A DNA stretch of 64,000 nt from Candidatus Undinarchaeales archaeon (lineage in GTDB: Archaea > SpSt-1190 > JASMDC01). The stretch is taken from positions 8,662-72,661 of the forward strand of contig JASMDC010000017.1 of NCBI GenBank assembly GCA_030753015.1. Direction: 5' to 3'. The position numbers and the translations under genes were made by a program. Positions 18,200 through 28,328 of the stretch are shown one piece after another (the stretch's first letter is position 1; every line of letters begins with the position of its first letter). Below the pieces are notes generated by a model. The model ran no database searches. It was not told the DNA's origin and saw only the letters and a list, made by a program, of their open reading frames with translations.

Positions 18200-20256
18200 G
18201 CAGCGCACCCCCGTACCCCTGCTACCGGTACGAAACCGTGGTCGGTCTTCGTCGTGAACAGTGGGTCCATCACCACATCGTGCTCGCTATCCCCCTCGAT
18301 GGTTAGGACGGTGGCGACGGTGCGCACCTTGTACACAGGGGTTCCGTCCTGGTCCGTTGGTGTGGCAACGAGGATGTACCGACCAGGGAGCACCCGGGGG
18401 ACGACATACCGTCCGTCGGCGTCGGTCCGTACTTCGAGCGTCTCCAGGTCGGGATCGACGGGAAGGAGCGTCAGTCGTACCGCTGCTGGTGGCGAGCCGG
18501 GGACGAATGATAGAGGCCGCATGCCGACGATATCATTACAGGGTCCATCAGTCACAGTATCTGACCGGTGGTCGAGGCACCCCAGTGTGAGCGTGTCCGC
18601 GCACAGTATGGTTGTGTTCTCGACCACGAGCCCTGACAGGGACGCATACTGTGGGAGCTCCACATCGATCGGTCCCTGAGCAGGGAGCGCGACGTTCACG
18701 GAAGTACCGCCTACGCCCTCAGTGTCGAGGGGGACCACCGTGAGCCTGCGGATACCGCAGGGGAGGCCTGAAAGAAGGGTCTCGCCCGTCACCTCGAAGG
18801 TCAGCGCTCCACCGCACGGCTCCACTATGACCAGTGCCCGTTCTGCACCTAAAGGTCTGATCGTTGCTTCGCAGGTCCCCGTGCAGGCGAGGTCCACCTC
18901 GCGAGGGGGTCCATCGGGGGCCCTAGGGAGGATCGTGGCTCCACCTGTGACCAACCAAGGAACTATCACGAACCGCAACCGGAGGGGGCGCATGAGGGAT
19001 CCGGAGGGAAGGCGTCCGGCAGGCGTGAGATCGGTGAGCTCCACCTCGAGAGGGAACTGGATGTCGTACACGGCCCGGTAGCTCTTGTACCATGGAGCGC
19101 GACCTGAGCACAGTTCGACCGCGCATGGTCGCTCATCTCTGGCGACTCCACGCACCGTGATGGTACGTTCGCCACCGTTGACAGAGAGATTGAGGAGGGG
19201 ATAGGCGCTCGCGGCGCCCTCGCCCTTGTCACCAAGGCGGAGCCGCGCCGACCACGAGAGGGAGCGCATGAGGGCCACTGGGTCGGCAGCGTCCTCGTCG
19301 ACACCGGCTAGCTCGGCGCCAAGGCGGCTGAACAGGCGTTCGGACCGCATACGTGCAGCGAAGAGGGTAGCGGCTACGCCAAGGTCCTCTCCGATAGCTC
19401 TTCGCAGGGCCTGTTCGTCCAGGGAGACTTCGCCCTCCTCTGTCATACAGAAGCCAGGATGGCGGCGTCCTCTGGCGTCCGGAAGGGAGAACGGATCGCA
19501 GGTGAGGTCCGCAGTGGGGCCGGGCACACGGGGATCCCGCTCCATAAGGAAGGCGGCCAGGCTCTCGACTCCGCGGTACCAGAGGTTATCGACCTCGCCG
19601 GATTCTGGGCCCGCCTCGGTGTACAGTCGTGCAACGGTACGCGCGATGCGTACAAGCCGTAGGAGACGTAGCGGTAGCTCAACGGCCACTTGCTCCTTGA
19701 TGGAGGAGCTGGCCCCGCCATGGGTGATGGTCAGGGGGATCTCTGCGGAGAGGCGAACGAAGGCGTTCCCGACCTCCACGTCATTGGCCCCGAGGGAGAT
19801 GCGGTTCCTCTCAAGCTCCAATCCGTCTATCCCGTCCACGCCCGTGGCAGCGAGCTCCCGGATGTTAGCCTCCAAGCGACGAGCGACCGCCTCGCGCACC
19901 ATGGCGCGGACCACATCATCAGTGGGAAGGTTCACCACACGACCCCCGAGCACGAACACAGGGACGCCGTCCATAGATGGCTCCGGTACCGCTGAGGGTG
20001 CGAATCCTCCGCTTTGGGCGACCTCGTCCACGGCCTGTGCCAGAGATTCCCGTACCACCCCTTCCAGGATCTCGTGGAGCCGTACCGACTCGTCACGCAC
20101 TTCAACCGCCTGTCGAGTGTCCTCCTTGATATCCTGCTCGACCTGGCGGGGTGCCCGCAGGGCCAGGAACATCACCGTGACCACTAGCGCGAGCGCAACA
20201 ATGGCAAGGATAACGGTCTGACCTCTGCTGTTGAAAAGGTCCTTCCCCCTGGACAC
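18196..20256 (-). CDS. Giant pilin-like protein with class III signal peptide (paralog of 54185-56029)
   Basis: GTG 20256 with GGAGGAG RBS; ...NSRGQ|TVILAIVALALVVTVMFL; C-terminal carboxypeptidase-regulatory-like beta domain (TDADGRY..PRVLPGRY). Confidence 0.78.
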   Translation of the reverse strand: MSRGKDLFNSRGQTVILAIVALALVVTVMFLALRAPRQVEQDIKEDTRQAVEVRDESVRLHEILEGVVRESLAQAVDEVAQSGGFAPSAVPEPSMDGVPVFVLGGRVVNLPTDDVVRAMVREAVARRLEANIRELAATGVDGIDGLELERNRISLGANDVEVGNAFVRLSAEIPLTITHGGASSSIKEQVAVELPLRLLRLVRIARTVARLYTEAGPESGEVDNLWYRGVESLAAFLMERDPRVPGPTADLTCDPFSLPDARGRRHPGFCMTEEGEVSLDEQALRRAIGEDLGVAATLFAARMRSERLFSRLGAELAGVDEDAADPVALMRSLSWSARLRLGDKGEGAASAYPLLNLSVNGGERTITVRGVARDERPCAVELCSGRAPWYKSYRAVYDIQFPLEVELTDLTPAGRLPSGSLMRPLRLRFVIVPWLVTGGATILPRAPDGPPREVDLACTGTCEATIRPLGAERALVIVEPCGGALTFEVTGETLLSGLPCGIRRLTVVPLDTEGVGGTSVNVALPAQGPIDVELPQYASLSGLVVENTTILCADTLTLGCLDHRSDTVTDGPCNDIVGMRPLSFVPGSPPAAVRLTLLPVDPDLETLEVRTDADGRYVVPRVLPGRYILVATPTDQDGTPVYKVRTVATVLTIEGDSEHDVVMDPLFTTKTDHGFVPVAGVRGCAA

Positions 20257-20304
20257 AAGGGGCTCCTCCAAGCTAAGGTTTAATTGTGTTTCTGGCAGGA
20301 GCCC

Positions 20305-20484
20305 TCAAACCTTTTCCTTTGGGGCTTCGGCGTTAGCGATAAGGGCACCCTCGTTCTCGTCTAGGGATTCGCCCCGTCGGAGCTTGTCCATGACGATCAT
20401 CGCCTGGTCGAAGTAACTGCTGTAGAGCATCAGGAGGGGTAGGCAGAAGAGGGTCGCTACCACCAGTGCAGCAGCGTGGAACAT
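20305..20484 (-). CDS. Small membrane protein (59 aa)
   Basis: Manual translation MFHAAALVVATLFCLPLLMLYSSYFDQAMIVMDKLRRGESLDENEGALIANAEAPKEKV; begins 6 nt after the Lon stop and fills the gap. Confidence 0.6.
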   Translation of the reverse strand: MFHAAALVVATLFCLPLLMLYSSYFDQAMIVMDKLRRGESLDENEGALIANAEAPKEKV

Positions 20485-20490
20485 GGGTGC

Positions 20491-22344
20491 TCACGCCGTG
20501 GGGACCGGACCGGACACCACGTCGGTGGTATGCCGTGCCAGTCGCTTGATCTTGTTGAGGACGTCCTTCTTCTCTTTCCAGACCAGGGCATGCTCGAGCA
20601 CATCGCTGATAGTGTCCACAGGGATAACCTCGATGAGCCCCTTCTTGTCATCGTCCAATAGCACGTCCTTGAGGTTGGCGGCAGGGATGAGCACCTTCTG
20701 GATGCCTGCCTCGATGGCCGCCTCGATCTTGGATGTGACACCTCCCACGGGGAGCACGTCGCCCCGCACGGACAGGGAGCCTGTCATGGCCACGCTCTGG
20801 CGGATGGCGACCTGCTCCAGAGCGGAAACCACGGCAGTGACGACCGAGATACTGGCCGAATCACCCTCCACTCCCTCGTAGGTCTGGAGGAACTGGATGT
20901 GGACATCGAAGTTGGCGATGTCCTTGCCGAAGTACTTCTTGATGGGGGCTGAGACGTTCTTGATGGCCTCCTTGGCGATCTCGCCCAGCTTGCCCGTGGC
21001 GATGATCCTCGATGATTCGCGGGCCATCGAGGGAGTGACGTTGGCGACGATGGGGAGCACGATGCCCGAGTCCCCGAACACCGCTAGGCCGTTGACCTTC
21101 CCCACGTGGGTGCCCGTGGAGCGGAATACCTTGTACTCCTTCTTCTCCTCGATGTACTTGTCGGCGATCTGCTGCTCAAGGGTGCGGGCGAACACCTTGG
21201 CCTTTGTGATGTGCGATGGGTCCACGAGGTCGGCGTCCTCGGACTTGGCGATGTCGCCCGCGGCGCGCACTAGGCCCCCGAGCTCACGGAGCCGGAGGGT
21301 GAGGTGGCCCTTGCGGTTGGCCCGCCGACGCGCCTCGTAGATCACCATCTCGATGGCCGCCTTGGAGAAGTGTGGGATCTTGGCGTCCTTGGTCACTTCC
21401 TGGGCCACGAACCGGGCGACCTTCTGCTGGTTCGCCTCGGTGTCGGGTATGGTGTCGTTCATGTACACCTCGTATCCGTATCCGCGGATGCGCGAGCGCA
21501 GGGCAGGGTTCATGGCCTCGATGGTCTTGACGTTGCCGGCCGCCACGAGCACGAAGTCGCATGGCACGGGCTTGGTGCGTACCATGGCCCCCGACGATCG
21601 CTCGCTGCGACCGGTGATGGAGTACTTCTTCTCCTGCATTGCAGAGAGCAGGTCGATCTGCATCTCCGGCTTGAGGGTGGCGATCTCGTCGATGAACAGC
21701 ACGCCCTTGTGTGCGCGGTGGATCGAACCCGGCTCCACGCGGTCGTGGGCCGGTGTCTCCAGTCCACCTGACTGGAAGGGGTCGTGCCGGACATCGCCCA
21801 GGAGCGAGCCCTCGTGTGCACCTGTGGCATCTAAAAAGGGAGCCTTCTCACCCCGTCTATGGGTGATGAGGAGCTTGGGTACCTTTGACTTGGTCTTGGA
21901 GCGCAGGTACTGGAAAGGCACGAACAGCAGGGCGGCGGCGATGATGCCCGTGAGCAGCTGTCCGGTGAAGAAACCGTACCAGATGAGGCAGAAGATGAGC
22001 ATGAGGGCGATGAGGTTGCGCAGGGACTCGGTCTTGTTCACCTCGTTCTTGTAGGACGAGACGATGAGCTTTCCCTGGCCGGCCTTTACGGTCTTTACGA
22101 GAGGCTCGTTGTCGTCCTCTGAGTTGGGGAACACGATGACTTCCTCGAGCTCTTCTCGGGAGAGGAGTTCGGCCATCCCCTGGGCCAGCATGGACTTACC
22201 GGTGCCGGGCTTACCGATGAGCATGACGTGACGTCGCTGGAGCGCGGCCTTCTTCATGACCTCCACCCCGCGCTCTTGGCCGATTACCTGCTCGATGATG
22301 CCCTCGGGGACCTTGACGTCCCGTGTGGACTCTGGAAGCTCCAC
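20491..22344 (-). CDS. lonB: Archaeal membrane-bound ATP-dependent Lon protease
   Basis: [14 protein letters not shown], two-TM insert, [26 protein letters not shown] (Ser), [11 protein letters not shown] (Lys). Confidence 0.96.
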   Translation of the reverse strand: MELPESTRDVKVPEGIIEQVIGQERGVEVMKKAALQRRHVMLIGKPGTGKSMLAQGMAELLSREELEEVIVFPNSEDDNEPLVKTVKAGQGKLIVSSYKNEVNKTESLRNLIALMLIFCLIWYGFFTGQLLTGIIAAALLFVPFQYLRSKTKSKVPKLLITHRRGEKAPFLDATGAHEGSLLGDVRHDPFQSGGLETPAHDRVEPGSIHRAHKGVLFIDEIATLKPEMQIDLLSAMQEKKYSITGRSERSSGAMVRTKPVPCDFVLVAAGNVKTIEAMNPALRSRIRGYGYEVYMNDTIPDTEANQQKVARFVAQEVTKDAKIPHFSKAAIEMVIYEARRRANRKGHLTLRLRELGGLVRAAGDIAKSEDADLVDPSHITKAKVFARTLEQQIADKYIEEKKEYKVFRSTGTHVGKVNGLAVFGDSGIVLPIVANVTPSMARESSRIIATGKLGEIAKEAIKNVSAPIKKYFGKDIANFDVHIQFLQTYEGVEGDSASISVVTAVVSALEQVAIRQSVAMTGSLSVRGDVLPVGGVTSKIEAAIEAGIQKVLIPAANLKDVLLDDDKKGLIEVIPVDTISDVLEHALVWKEKKDVLNKIKRLARHTTDVVSGPVPTA

Positions 22345-22407
22345 AGGGGTAGAACTACCGTCACGACTTATAACACTTTTCGTTCGGTTCTCGATATGGG
22401 CGTGAGC

Positions 22408-22707
22408 CTACTCTTCTCCGGCCACATCGGTGGCCTCAGCGACCTCTTGGTCACGGGATGCGAACTCCATGGAGTGGCTGATGATCATGACGTCCCCGAC
22501 GGCCTTGACCGCCTTGTGGGGTACGATGACGGCACGTACGTTCTTGAGCGCCTTGCTCAGAAGGCTATCGGGAGTGGACTTTACCACCCATCCGTTGATC
22601 ATATACTTGCCGAGGACCGCATCCCCGATCTTACCGAAGTACATGCCTGCGTCGGTAAAAACGTCGATGTCATAGATATCGGACAGGCGCTTGATGGTGA
22701 CGACCAT
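22408..22707 (-). CDS. Stand-alone PRC-barrel protein (CdpB-like)
   Basis: LSDIYDIDVFTDAGMYFGKIGD...IVPHKAVKAVGDVMII. Confidence 0.85.
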   Translation of the reverse strand: MVVTIKRLSDIYDIDVFTDAGMYFGKIGDAVLGKYMINGWVVKSTPDSLLSKALKNVRAVIVPHKAVKAVGDVMIISHSMEFASRDQEVAEATDVAGEE

Positions 22708-22738
22708 ATTATGTAACCCCGCCTCCGCAACCGACACC

Positions 22739-22751
22739 TTTTTTTATAAAA
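22739..22751. promoter_or_regulatory. TATA box between divergent PRC-barrel and TraB-domain genes
   Basis: TTTTTTTATAAAA in a 62-nt divergent gap. Confidence 0.55.
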
Positions 22752-22769
22752 CTATCATTTTGAAGTCAC

Positions 22770-23666
22770 ATGGGTAGGGTTTACCTGGTCGGCAGCTCCC
22801 ACGTGTCCGCGTCGGGCGCCGACCAAGTGGCTGATACCATCCGCAGGGTTCGTCCGGACGTGGTCGCCGTCGAGCTGTGTTACAAGCGCTACCATGTACT
22901 GCGCGAGCATGGCGGTGCGCCACCTCTCCCGCCCTTCCGCGAAGGCATCCGTGATATAGGGGTGCGACGGTACCTGCTGGTGTGGTTCCTCTCCCGGCTC
23001 CAGGAGCATTATGCACGGTTGGCGGGCGCCCCCGTTGGGACCGACATGCTCCACGCTCTGGACGCAGCAGCGAAGGATGCCGTCCCCATCGCATTGGTGG
23101 ACGATGACATAGACGTCACTCTGGAGAGGCTCGTGAATGCCGTGGGGTTGCGTGACGTCTTCACACTGATATGGATGAGCGCAAAGGGCGATCCCTGGGT
23201 CCACAGGTTCGATATCACGAGCGTCCCTGATGATGACCTTGTCGAAGAGATGTTGGAAGAGCTCGAGCGCGCCTTCCCCGCCGTGTACGACGTGCTCGTT
23301 CGAAGGCGGAACCTCCGCATGGCCTCCAGGCTCATGACCGTGGCGGACGCCAGAGGTACGGTGTTGGCGGTACTGGGTGCAGGCCATAAACGAGGTATCG
23401 CTAAGCTGCTCAAAGAAGGCCCTCACACGGTCGTCGTTGTCGGGCCCGATACGACTCTCCCTGAACCGGATACACCCCGCCTTACAGTGAAGCTATCGCT
23501 TCCAGGGGAACCGCCTCTACCCAGCGAGGACCTATCTGCCGCGGATGCGGAAGTGGGCAGAGAGGTTGTTGAATCCCTCGCTAACGCCGACGTGGCTCCC
23601 GCGGTAGTAGCCGATGAGCCCGCCCGAGACGATGCCCAGCACGAGCACAAAAATGTAGAATCCTAA
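22770..23666 (+). CDS. TraB/PrgY (pheromone shutdown, TIKI-like) domain protein
   Basis: YLVGSSHVS, PDVVAVEL, GTDM..A, LV.RRN..MA, AVLGAGH..GI. Confidence 0.88.
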   Translation: MGRVYLVGSSHVSASGADQVADTIRRVRPDVVAVELCYKRYHVLREHGGAPPLPPFREGIRDIGVRRYLLVWFLSRLQEHYARLAGAPVGTDMLHALDAAAKDAVPIALVDDDIDVTLERLVNAVGLRDVFTLIWMSAKGDPWVHRFDITSVPDDDLVEEMLEELERAFPAVYDVLVRRRNLRMASRLMTVADARGTVLAVLGAGHKRGIAKLLKEGPHTVVVVGPDTTLPEPDTPRLTVKLSLPGEPPLPSEDLSAADAEVGREVVESLANADVAPAVVADEPARDDAQHEHKNVES

Positions 23667-23753
23667 TGCTCCGGCCATGGTACGCTATGTTGTACCACAA
23701 AAGGTATATAAAATATGCGGATTAGCTATCGCCCGACCCCGGAGGGAGGCATC

Positions 23754-24098
23754 ATGGTCGTACGAACCACACGCGGAATAACCAGAAGTTTGAAACAGGA
23801 GATAACCCTTCTTAGGCGACATGTGGAGATCCTTAGCGTTCTCCTTGAGACGAAAGAACCTTTAGGCATCCTGCGCCTCTCGGACCGCACGAACTATTCT
23901 CCCCACAAAGTGCGCTACACCCTCCGGACTCTCGAGCACGAGAAGCTCATCAAGCCCAGTACACGGGGGGCCGAGGTCACCGAGGAGCTCGGTATATTCG
24001 TCGAGGATCTCATCCGTGATCTTTCCATCATTCGCGACGAGCTCAATGAGGTGTACAAGACCGTCCAGCGCGTCCGCGAGGAGTACCCCCGACAATAG
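23754..24098 (+). CDS. Winged-helix DNA-binding protein
   Basis: LRRHVEIL...PLGILRLS...HKVRYTLRTLE...LIKPSTRGA; GGAGG RBS; TATATAAA near 23706. Confidence 0.8.
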   Translation: MVVRTTRGITRSLKQEITLLRRHVEILSVLLETKEPLGILRLSDRTNYSPHKVRYTLRTLEHEKLIKPSTRGAEVTEELGIFVEDLIRDLSIIRDELNEVYKTVQRVREEYPRQ

Positions 24099-24160
24099 TG
24101 ATGGGCCCGGAGGGCCTCGTCGGTTAATCCCATACCCTTAGTAGTACTTACGGGGCTCCC

Positions 24161-24505
24161 ATGACCGTTCAGTTCGTTCTCATCGTTATCCTGCTCGTTC
24201 TGCTCCTTGTTTGGCTCCGCATGACCCTGCTGCCCGACCGAGTGGGCACGTTGGTCGCGATCAGGGGGACGGTGGCCTGTGCCGAAGGCGACAGCGCGAC
24301 CTGTGCTCGCCAGACGGTGGGCAGCTCTGCTGTCACAGTGAGCGTTGACCTTGGGGACGAGACCGTGGAGGCCGAGTGCTCAGCGTGCGTACTGTGCATG
24401 GGCGATCTTCGAGAGGGCTATCCCGTGGGCATCACTCGCATCGGCTCTCGCCTCATCGCCCAGCCTCTGCTGTTCCCCTCACTCCAGAAACGGTGGATGT
24501 CTTAG
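24161..24505 (+). CDS. Membrane-anchored small Cys-rich beta protein
   Basis: N-terminal TM; Cx7C and CxxCxxC (ECSACVLC). Confidence 0.65.
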   Translation: MTVQFVLIVILLVLLLVWLRMTLLPDRVGTLVAIRGTVACAEGDSATCARQTVGSSAVTVSVDLGDETVEAECSACVLCMGDLREGYPVGITRIGSRLIAQPLLFPSLQKRWMS

Positions 24506-25152
24506 TGGTGGAGGGGCTCGATCTCGTAGGTGCCTTCGTGCTGGGACTTGCCCAGGGTGCAGGACCCTGCCTGGCCATTTGTGCTCCGATCATCTTCCCT
24601 CTCACAGCTGCTACGGCGGGGAGCGCTCGGGAGGGGTTCATTGTTGCTGGCCTCGCCGCATTGGGACGGCTTCTGGCGTACGTCGTTCTGGGTGCAGGGG
24701 CCGGGCTCTTGGGCGGCGCGGTCCAAGCCATTGCTGAAGGAAGTAGTGCATGGTACGTGTATATGGCCTGCGGGTTCGCTTCCGGTGTTCTCGGTGGCTA
24801 CTATCTGGTAAAGGCCCACACCTGCGCCTGCATCGAGATGGGAGTGACCAATCCTTTCATCCTTGGCGTGCTCCTGGGATTGGCACCGTGCGCACCGCTC
24901 ACCCTTATCCTCGTACAGGCCTTCGCTACAGGATCTGCTTTCTACGGCATGATCCTTGTGACCGTGTTCGGCATCGCAAGCTCGCTCCCGCTCCTGCTTG
25001 GTGGGGGTTTCGTGGGCCATCTCGTGCGTCATATACAGACGGGGGGCGATTTCTCACGGAACGTACAGCGTGTCAGCGGTGTTCTCCTCATCATGGCCGG
25101 GGCCAAGTTCATGCTGATGGCCCGAGCCGTGGAACTGGTAGCGGGATCCTGA
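24493..25152 (+). CDS. CcdA/DsbD_2-like (TauE/SafE-related) membrane protein
   Basis: About 6 TMs with GPCLAICAP and GLAPCAPL half-repeat motifs; start uncertain (GTG 24493 or 24505). Confidence 0.78.
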   Translation: MDVLVVEGLDLVGAFVLGLAQGAGPCLAICAPIIFPLTAATAGSAREGFIVAGLAALGRLLAYVVLGAGAGLLGGAVQAIAEGSSAWYVYMACGFASGVLGGYYLVKAHTCACIEMGVTNPFILGVLLGLAPCAPLTLILVQAFATGSAFYGMILVTVFGIASSLPLLLGGGFVGHLVRHIQTGGDFSRNVQRVSGVLLIMAGAKFMLMARAVELVAGS

Positions 25153-25155
25153 GGA

Positions 25156-26076
25156 TTATTCCTCGGGGCGCTCGACACGCACCTTCAGCACCTTGTGACC
25201 GAAGATAGGGAAGGTCCGTCCGCTCTCGACCTTCAGCTCGTACGCACCCTGTTCGTCCTTCCCACGGAAGGTGAGCCGGTCAGTGGCCTCGAGCCGCCAG
25301 CCGCCGACGTACCCGTTGTTGAACCGCTCCTCAGAATGTACAACCCATATCTCATCGAGCGCCTCTACGCTCTCGAGCACTTCGCCGATGGATGTTTTGT
25401 CCCAGTGGTCGATGGGGGGCAGGCCGTACCGGCTCCCGCCCTTACCGAATACCGGTCTCGGCCGGTCGAGCTTACGGGAGATGGGAGCATCGGTTATCGT
25501 AACGTCGTACGAGGACGTCCCCAGATTCCATCCCATGTGGGCGTCGATGACGGCGTACCGCTCCTCGTGCTCACGTGACTTCAGCACGAAGGAGCCCCAC
25601 TGTTGGAAGGATTGTCCCAGTACCGATCCGAGGACCGATGTGTAGTCGGGCAGGGACCCGAAGAAGGAGATATGGTCGACCGAGTCCATGGTCGCGACCT
25701 TGTCCGCTGCATCGGTGGCCGTCGTGTACTCCCAGTGGTCTACCGGTGGGACCTGGTAGGGACCGCCTCCGCCCTGCTTGAAGATCGGTCTGGGTGAGGA
25801 GAGCTCGATGGCCTCGTCCTTCCCCTCGATGCTTGCACGTTTTGAGATGTAGTACTCGTCGCCGAGGTCGTTCAGTGCGGTCTCGAGCGCACCCTTACGA
25901 TCACCCTGACAGCGATAGGTCGTCGTATGCGACTCTCCGGGTGGGCTCCTGAGGACGTGCTCCTTAGACAGATAGAGCCCGGGAGCGGCCTCCTGGAGGT
26001 CGGACAGTGCCGTGATGAGCGCCTCGCGGTACCCTCCTTCCATCGAATAGTTCAGTGTTAGGTCCTCGGCGAGCAT
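25156..26076 (-). CDS. Hypothetical protein with internal repeated domain
   Basis: PRPIFKQGGGGPYQVPPVDHW and PRPVFGKGGSRYGLPPIDHW about 105 aa apart. Confidence 0.7.
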   Translation of the reverse strand: MLAEDLTLNYSMEGGYREALITALSDLQEAAPGLYLSKEHVLRSPPGESHTTTYRCQGDRKGALETALNDLGDEYYISKRASIEGKDEAIELSSPRPIFKQGGGGPYQVPPVDHWEYTTATDAADKVATMDSVDHISFFGSLPDYTSVLGSVLGQSFQQWGSFVLKSREHEERYAVIDAHMGWNLGTSSYDVTITDAPISRKLDRPRPVFGKGGSRYGLPPIDHWDKTSIGEVLESVEALDEIWVVHSEERFNNGYVGGWRLEATDRLTFRGKDEQGAYELKVESGRTFPIFGHKVLKVRVERPEE

Positions 26077-26124
26077 GGGGCGCACGGCGTGGTGGCCGAT
26101 TGATAAACCTTTCGATGGGTCGCG

Positions 26125-28230
26125 CTATCCCACCGATCCCCTTAGAGAATCCTTGTCCTGGAAGAACGGGTCGACGTCCCCTTCCTCCTCCATCTCCTCG
26201 TCAGCCTCCCTCTTCTTGCTCAGCGCCGTAAGCTTGGCGCTGATGATGTCCACGGGCTTGAGGAGCTTGCCCAGTAGATCGATCAGGACAGAGCTCACGG
26301 TCTTCCCCTTGGGCTTCGTTGCCTCGCCGCCTTCACCATAGCCTGCCACCTGGGCTGCCAGACGTTCCGCTTCGATCTCCTCGTCGCTCTTTCTCCGGAA
26401 GGTCTTATAGAGACCGTCGCGCAGCGGTACGAGCGATCGGGTCAGCGAACCGAAGACCCCCCTGACCTGGGCTACTAGGCCGCTCTCCTCCTCATCGGCC
26501 TCAACCATCTCCGCCTCGGCCTCTATCTCCTCCTTGGTCTTCTCCCGCTCCGGAGTGAGGACCTTGCGGATCTGTACGACGAGCTTGTCCACCGGTGCGA
26601 ACACCGAGCCCACGGTAAGTGCGATCCGTTTCAGGAGCGTGGGTCCCTGCTGGGTCTCATCGATCATCGACTCCATGCGATTCTCTTCGACCTTCATCCG
26701 CTCCATTTCCAGTTCTTCTTCGGTCTTGTCCCTATTCAGGCTGGCAAGCCCTTCGGTGATGGGGCGGAAGGTCTTGGCGATGGTGATGAAAATACGCCGG
26801 AAGTGGAGCTGGAGGGCCGACATCTCCTCCTCCTTGAGGACGTTCCCGTACTCGTCACGCTCGACCTCCTCTTCCTCAGTAAGCGCTTTATGAAGTGCCT
26901 TGAAGCTTCGGATGAGCCCCTCGAAGGGATGGGTTATCTTAAACGCCACTGCCATAATCTTGGCACCGATCACGCTGGTCTCATTCTCCTCGCTCAGTAC
27001 CTGATTGAGCTTCGCGGCCTGCTCACGCTCGGCCTCCAGCGCTGCCTGTTCATCGGGTGTCGGGAAGTACTTGTGTCGGGCCGCTGTTATCTGATTAGCC
27101 AGGGCGTTTGCCCGCGGCCTGATGGCGTGGGTCACTTTCAGAGCGACACCCTTGACTCGTCGTCCCACCTTCCTTTGCACGTTCTGGATAACTTGGATGC
27201 GGTAGAGGGCGTTGAGCACAAAGATGAGCCCGCCCAACGGCACGAGCGCAACACCGGCGACGATGTAGATGGACAGGTCGCTGATGAACGCGTACGCGAC
27301 CCCACCCGCTCCGAGGAGCATGACGGCGCTCGCCATCGCCATCCCGGTCCGCACCTGACCGCTGTACTCGACCCACAAAGCCTCGCCCGTGGCGTTGAGT
27401 GCGAACCGATAGGTGTTCTTTTCGTGGCACTCCTTGAGCGAGGAGTACGCACGTCCGCAGTTCATGCACGCGACGACACCCGCTGGGACGACATGGGTCT
27501 GGCAGGAGGGGCATGCCGAGTATCCCTCCTTCGATGGTACGGGGACATCGCACCCACAAGAGGGGCAGGTGTGTCGCTCCGACACCACACCATAACAATC
27601 GCAGAAATGCGATGTTGCCACCCGTGTCTTGGTGATGCGATCCTTCTCGATGAGGACCTTGAAGACGCTAAGTAGCGTACGTTGGGGGATGTCCCACGTG
27701 TCCATGGTGATGTACAGTTGGCCGACGAACTCGTCCACCAACACATCGTTCGACATGAGGAAGTGGAATATCTTCCGTTTCAGGTCAGTGCGGAACCACG
27801 GTTGGGCGATCTCGTCGTAGAGATTATAGGGCAGGAAGACGGGATCGAGCGTCGTGGCCTGCTTGTAACACGTGATCGTCTGCTTGATGGCGCCGTAATT
27901 GTAGTACGCTCTGCCGAGCAGGTACCATGCATCACCCGATTGGGGGTCCTGTTGGATGGCGTTGTTCAGCGCGTTGATGGCATCCAGAGGTTTCTTGGCC
28001 TCGATGAAAGCAGTGCCGAGTGCAATCCAAGCTTCAACGAAGTCAGGAGTCAGGTTGGCAGCCGCTTGGAAGGCTTCGATGGCCTTGGGATAGTCCTGCT
28101 TACTCAGGAAGTCCTGTCCGACGGAATACTTGGCCTTGGCATAAGTGGTGTCCTTTGTGGCCTCATCGCGATAGTACTTGTAGGCGCTCTTCTCGCCCTC
28201 GACCGGTGCCACTTGGTTCCCTTGGTCCAT
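26125..28230 (-). CDS. TPR, Zn-ribbon and two-TM protein with C-terminal amphipathic helix repeats
   Basis: Three TPRs (AWIALG, AWYLLG); CDC, CPSC, CPSC, CMNC; two TMs; about six helix/acidic repeats. Confidence 0.82.
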   Translation of the reverse strand: MDQGNQVAPVEGEKSAYKYYRDEATKDTTYAKAKYSVGQDFLSKQDYPKAIEAFQAAANLTPDFVEAWIALGTAFIEAKKPLDAINALNNAIQQDPQSGDAWYLLGRAYYNYGAIKQTITCYKQATTLDPVFLPYNLYDEIAQPWFRTDLKRKIFHFLMSNDVLVDEFVGQLYITMDTWDIPQRTLLSVFKVLIEKDRITKTRVATSHFCDCYGVVSERHTCPSCGCDVPVPSKEGYSACPSCQTHVVPAGVVACMNCGRAYSSLKECHEKNTYRFALNATGEALWVEYSGQVRTGMAMASAVMLLGAGGVAYAFISDLSIYIVAGVALVPLGGLIFVLNALYRIQVIQNVQRKVGRRVKGVALKVTHAIRPRANALANQITAARHKYFPTPDEQAALEAEREQAAKLNQVLSEENETSVIGAKIMAVAFKITHPFEGLIRSFKALHKALTEEEEVERDEYGNVLKEEEMSALQLHFRRIFITIAKTFRPITEGLASLNRDKTEEELEMERMKVEENRMESMIDETQQGPTLLKRIALTVGSVFAPVDKLVVQIRKVLTPEREKTKEEIEAEAEMVEADEEESGLVAQVRGVFGSLTRSLVPLRDGLYKTFRRKSDEEIEAERLAAQVAGYGEGGEATKPKGKTVSSVLIDLLGKLLKPVDIISAKLTALSKKREADEEMEEEGDVDPFFQDKDSLRGSVG

Positions 28231-28328
28231 GTTCTCTCCCTGACTTTATTTGTTCGTACCTCTACCTATGCGTTGTGTATTGCCTTTGGTAACCTTTAAA
28301 AAACTACAATGGGGAATAACTACTGCAA

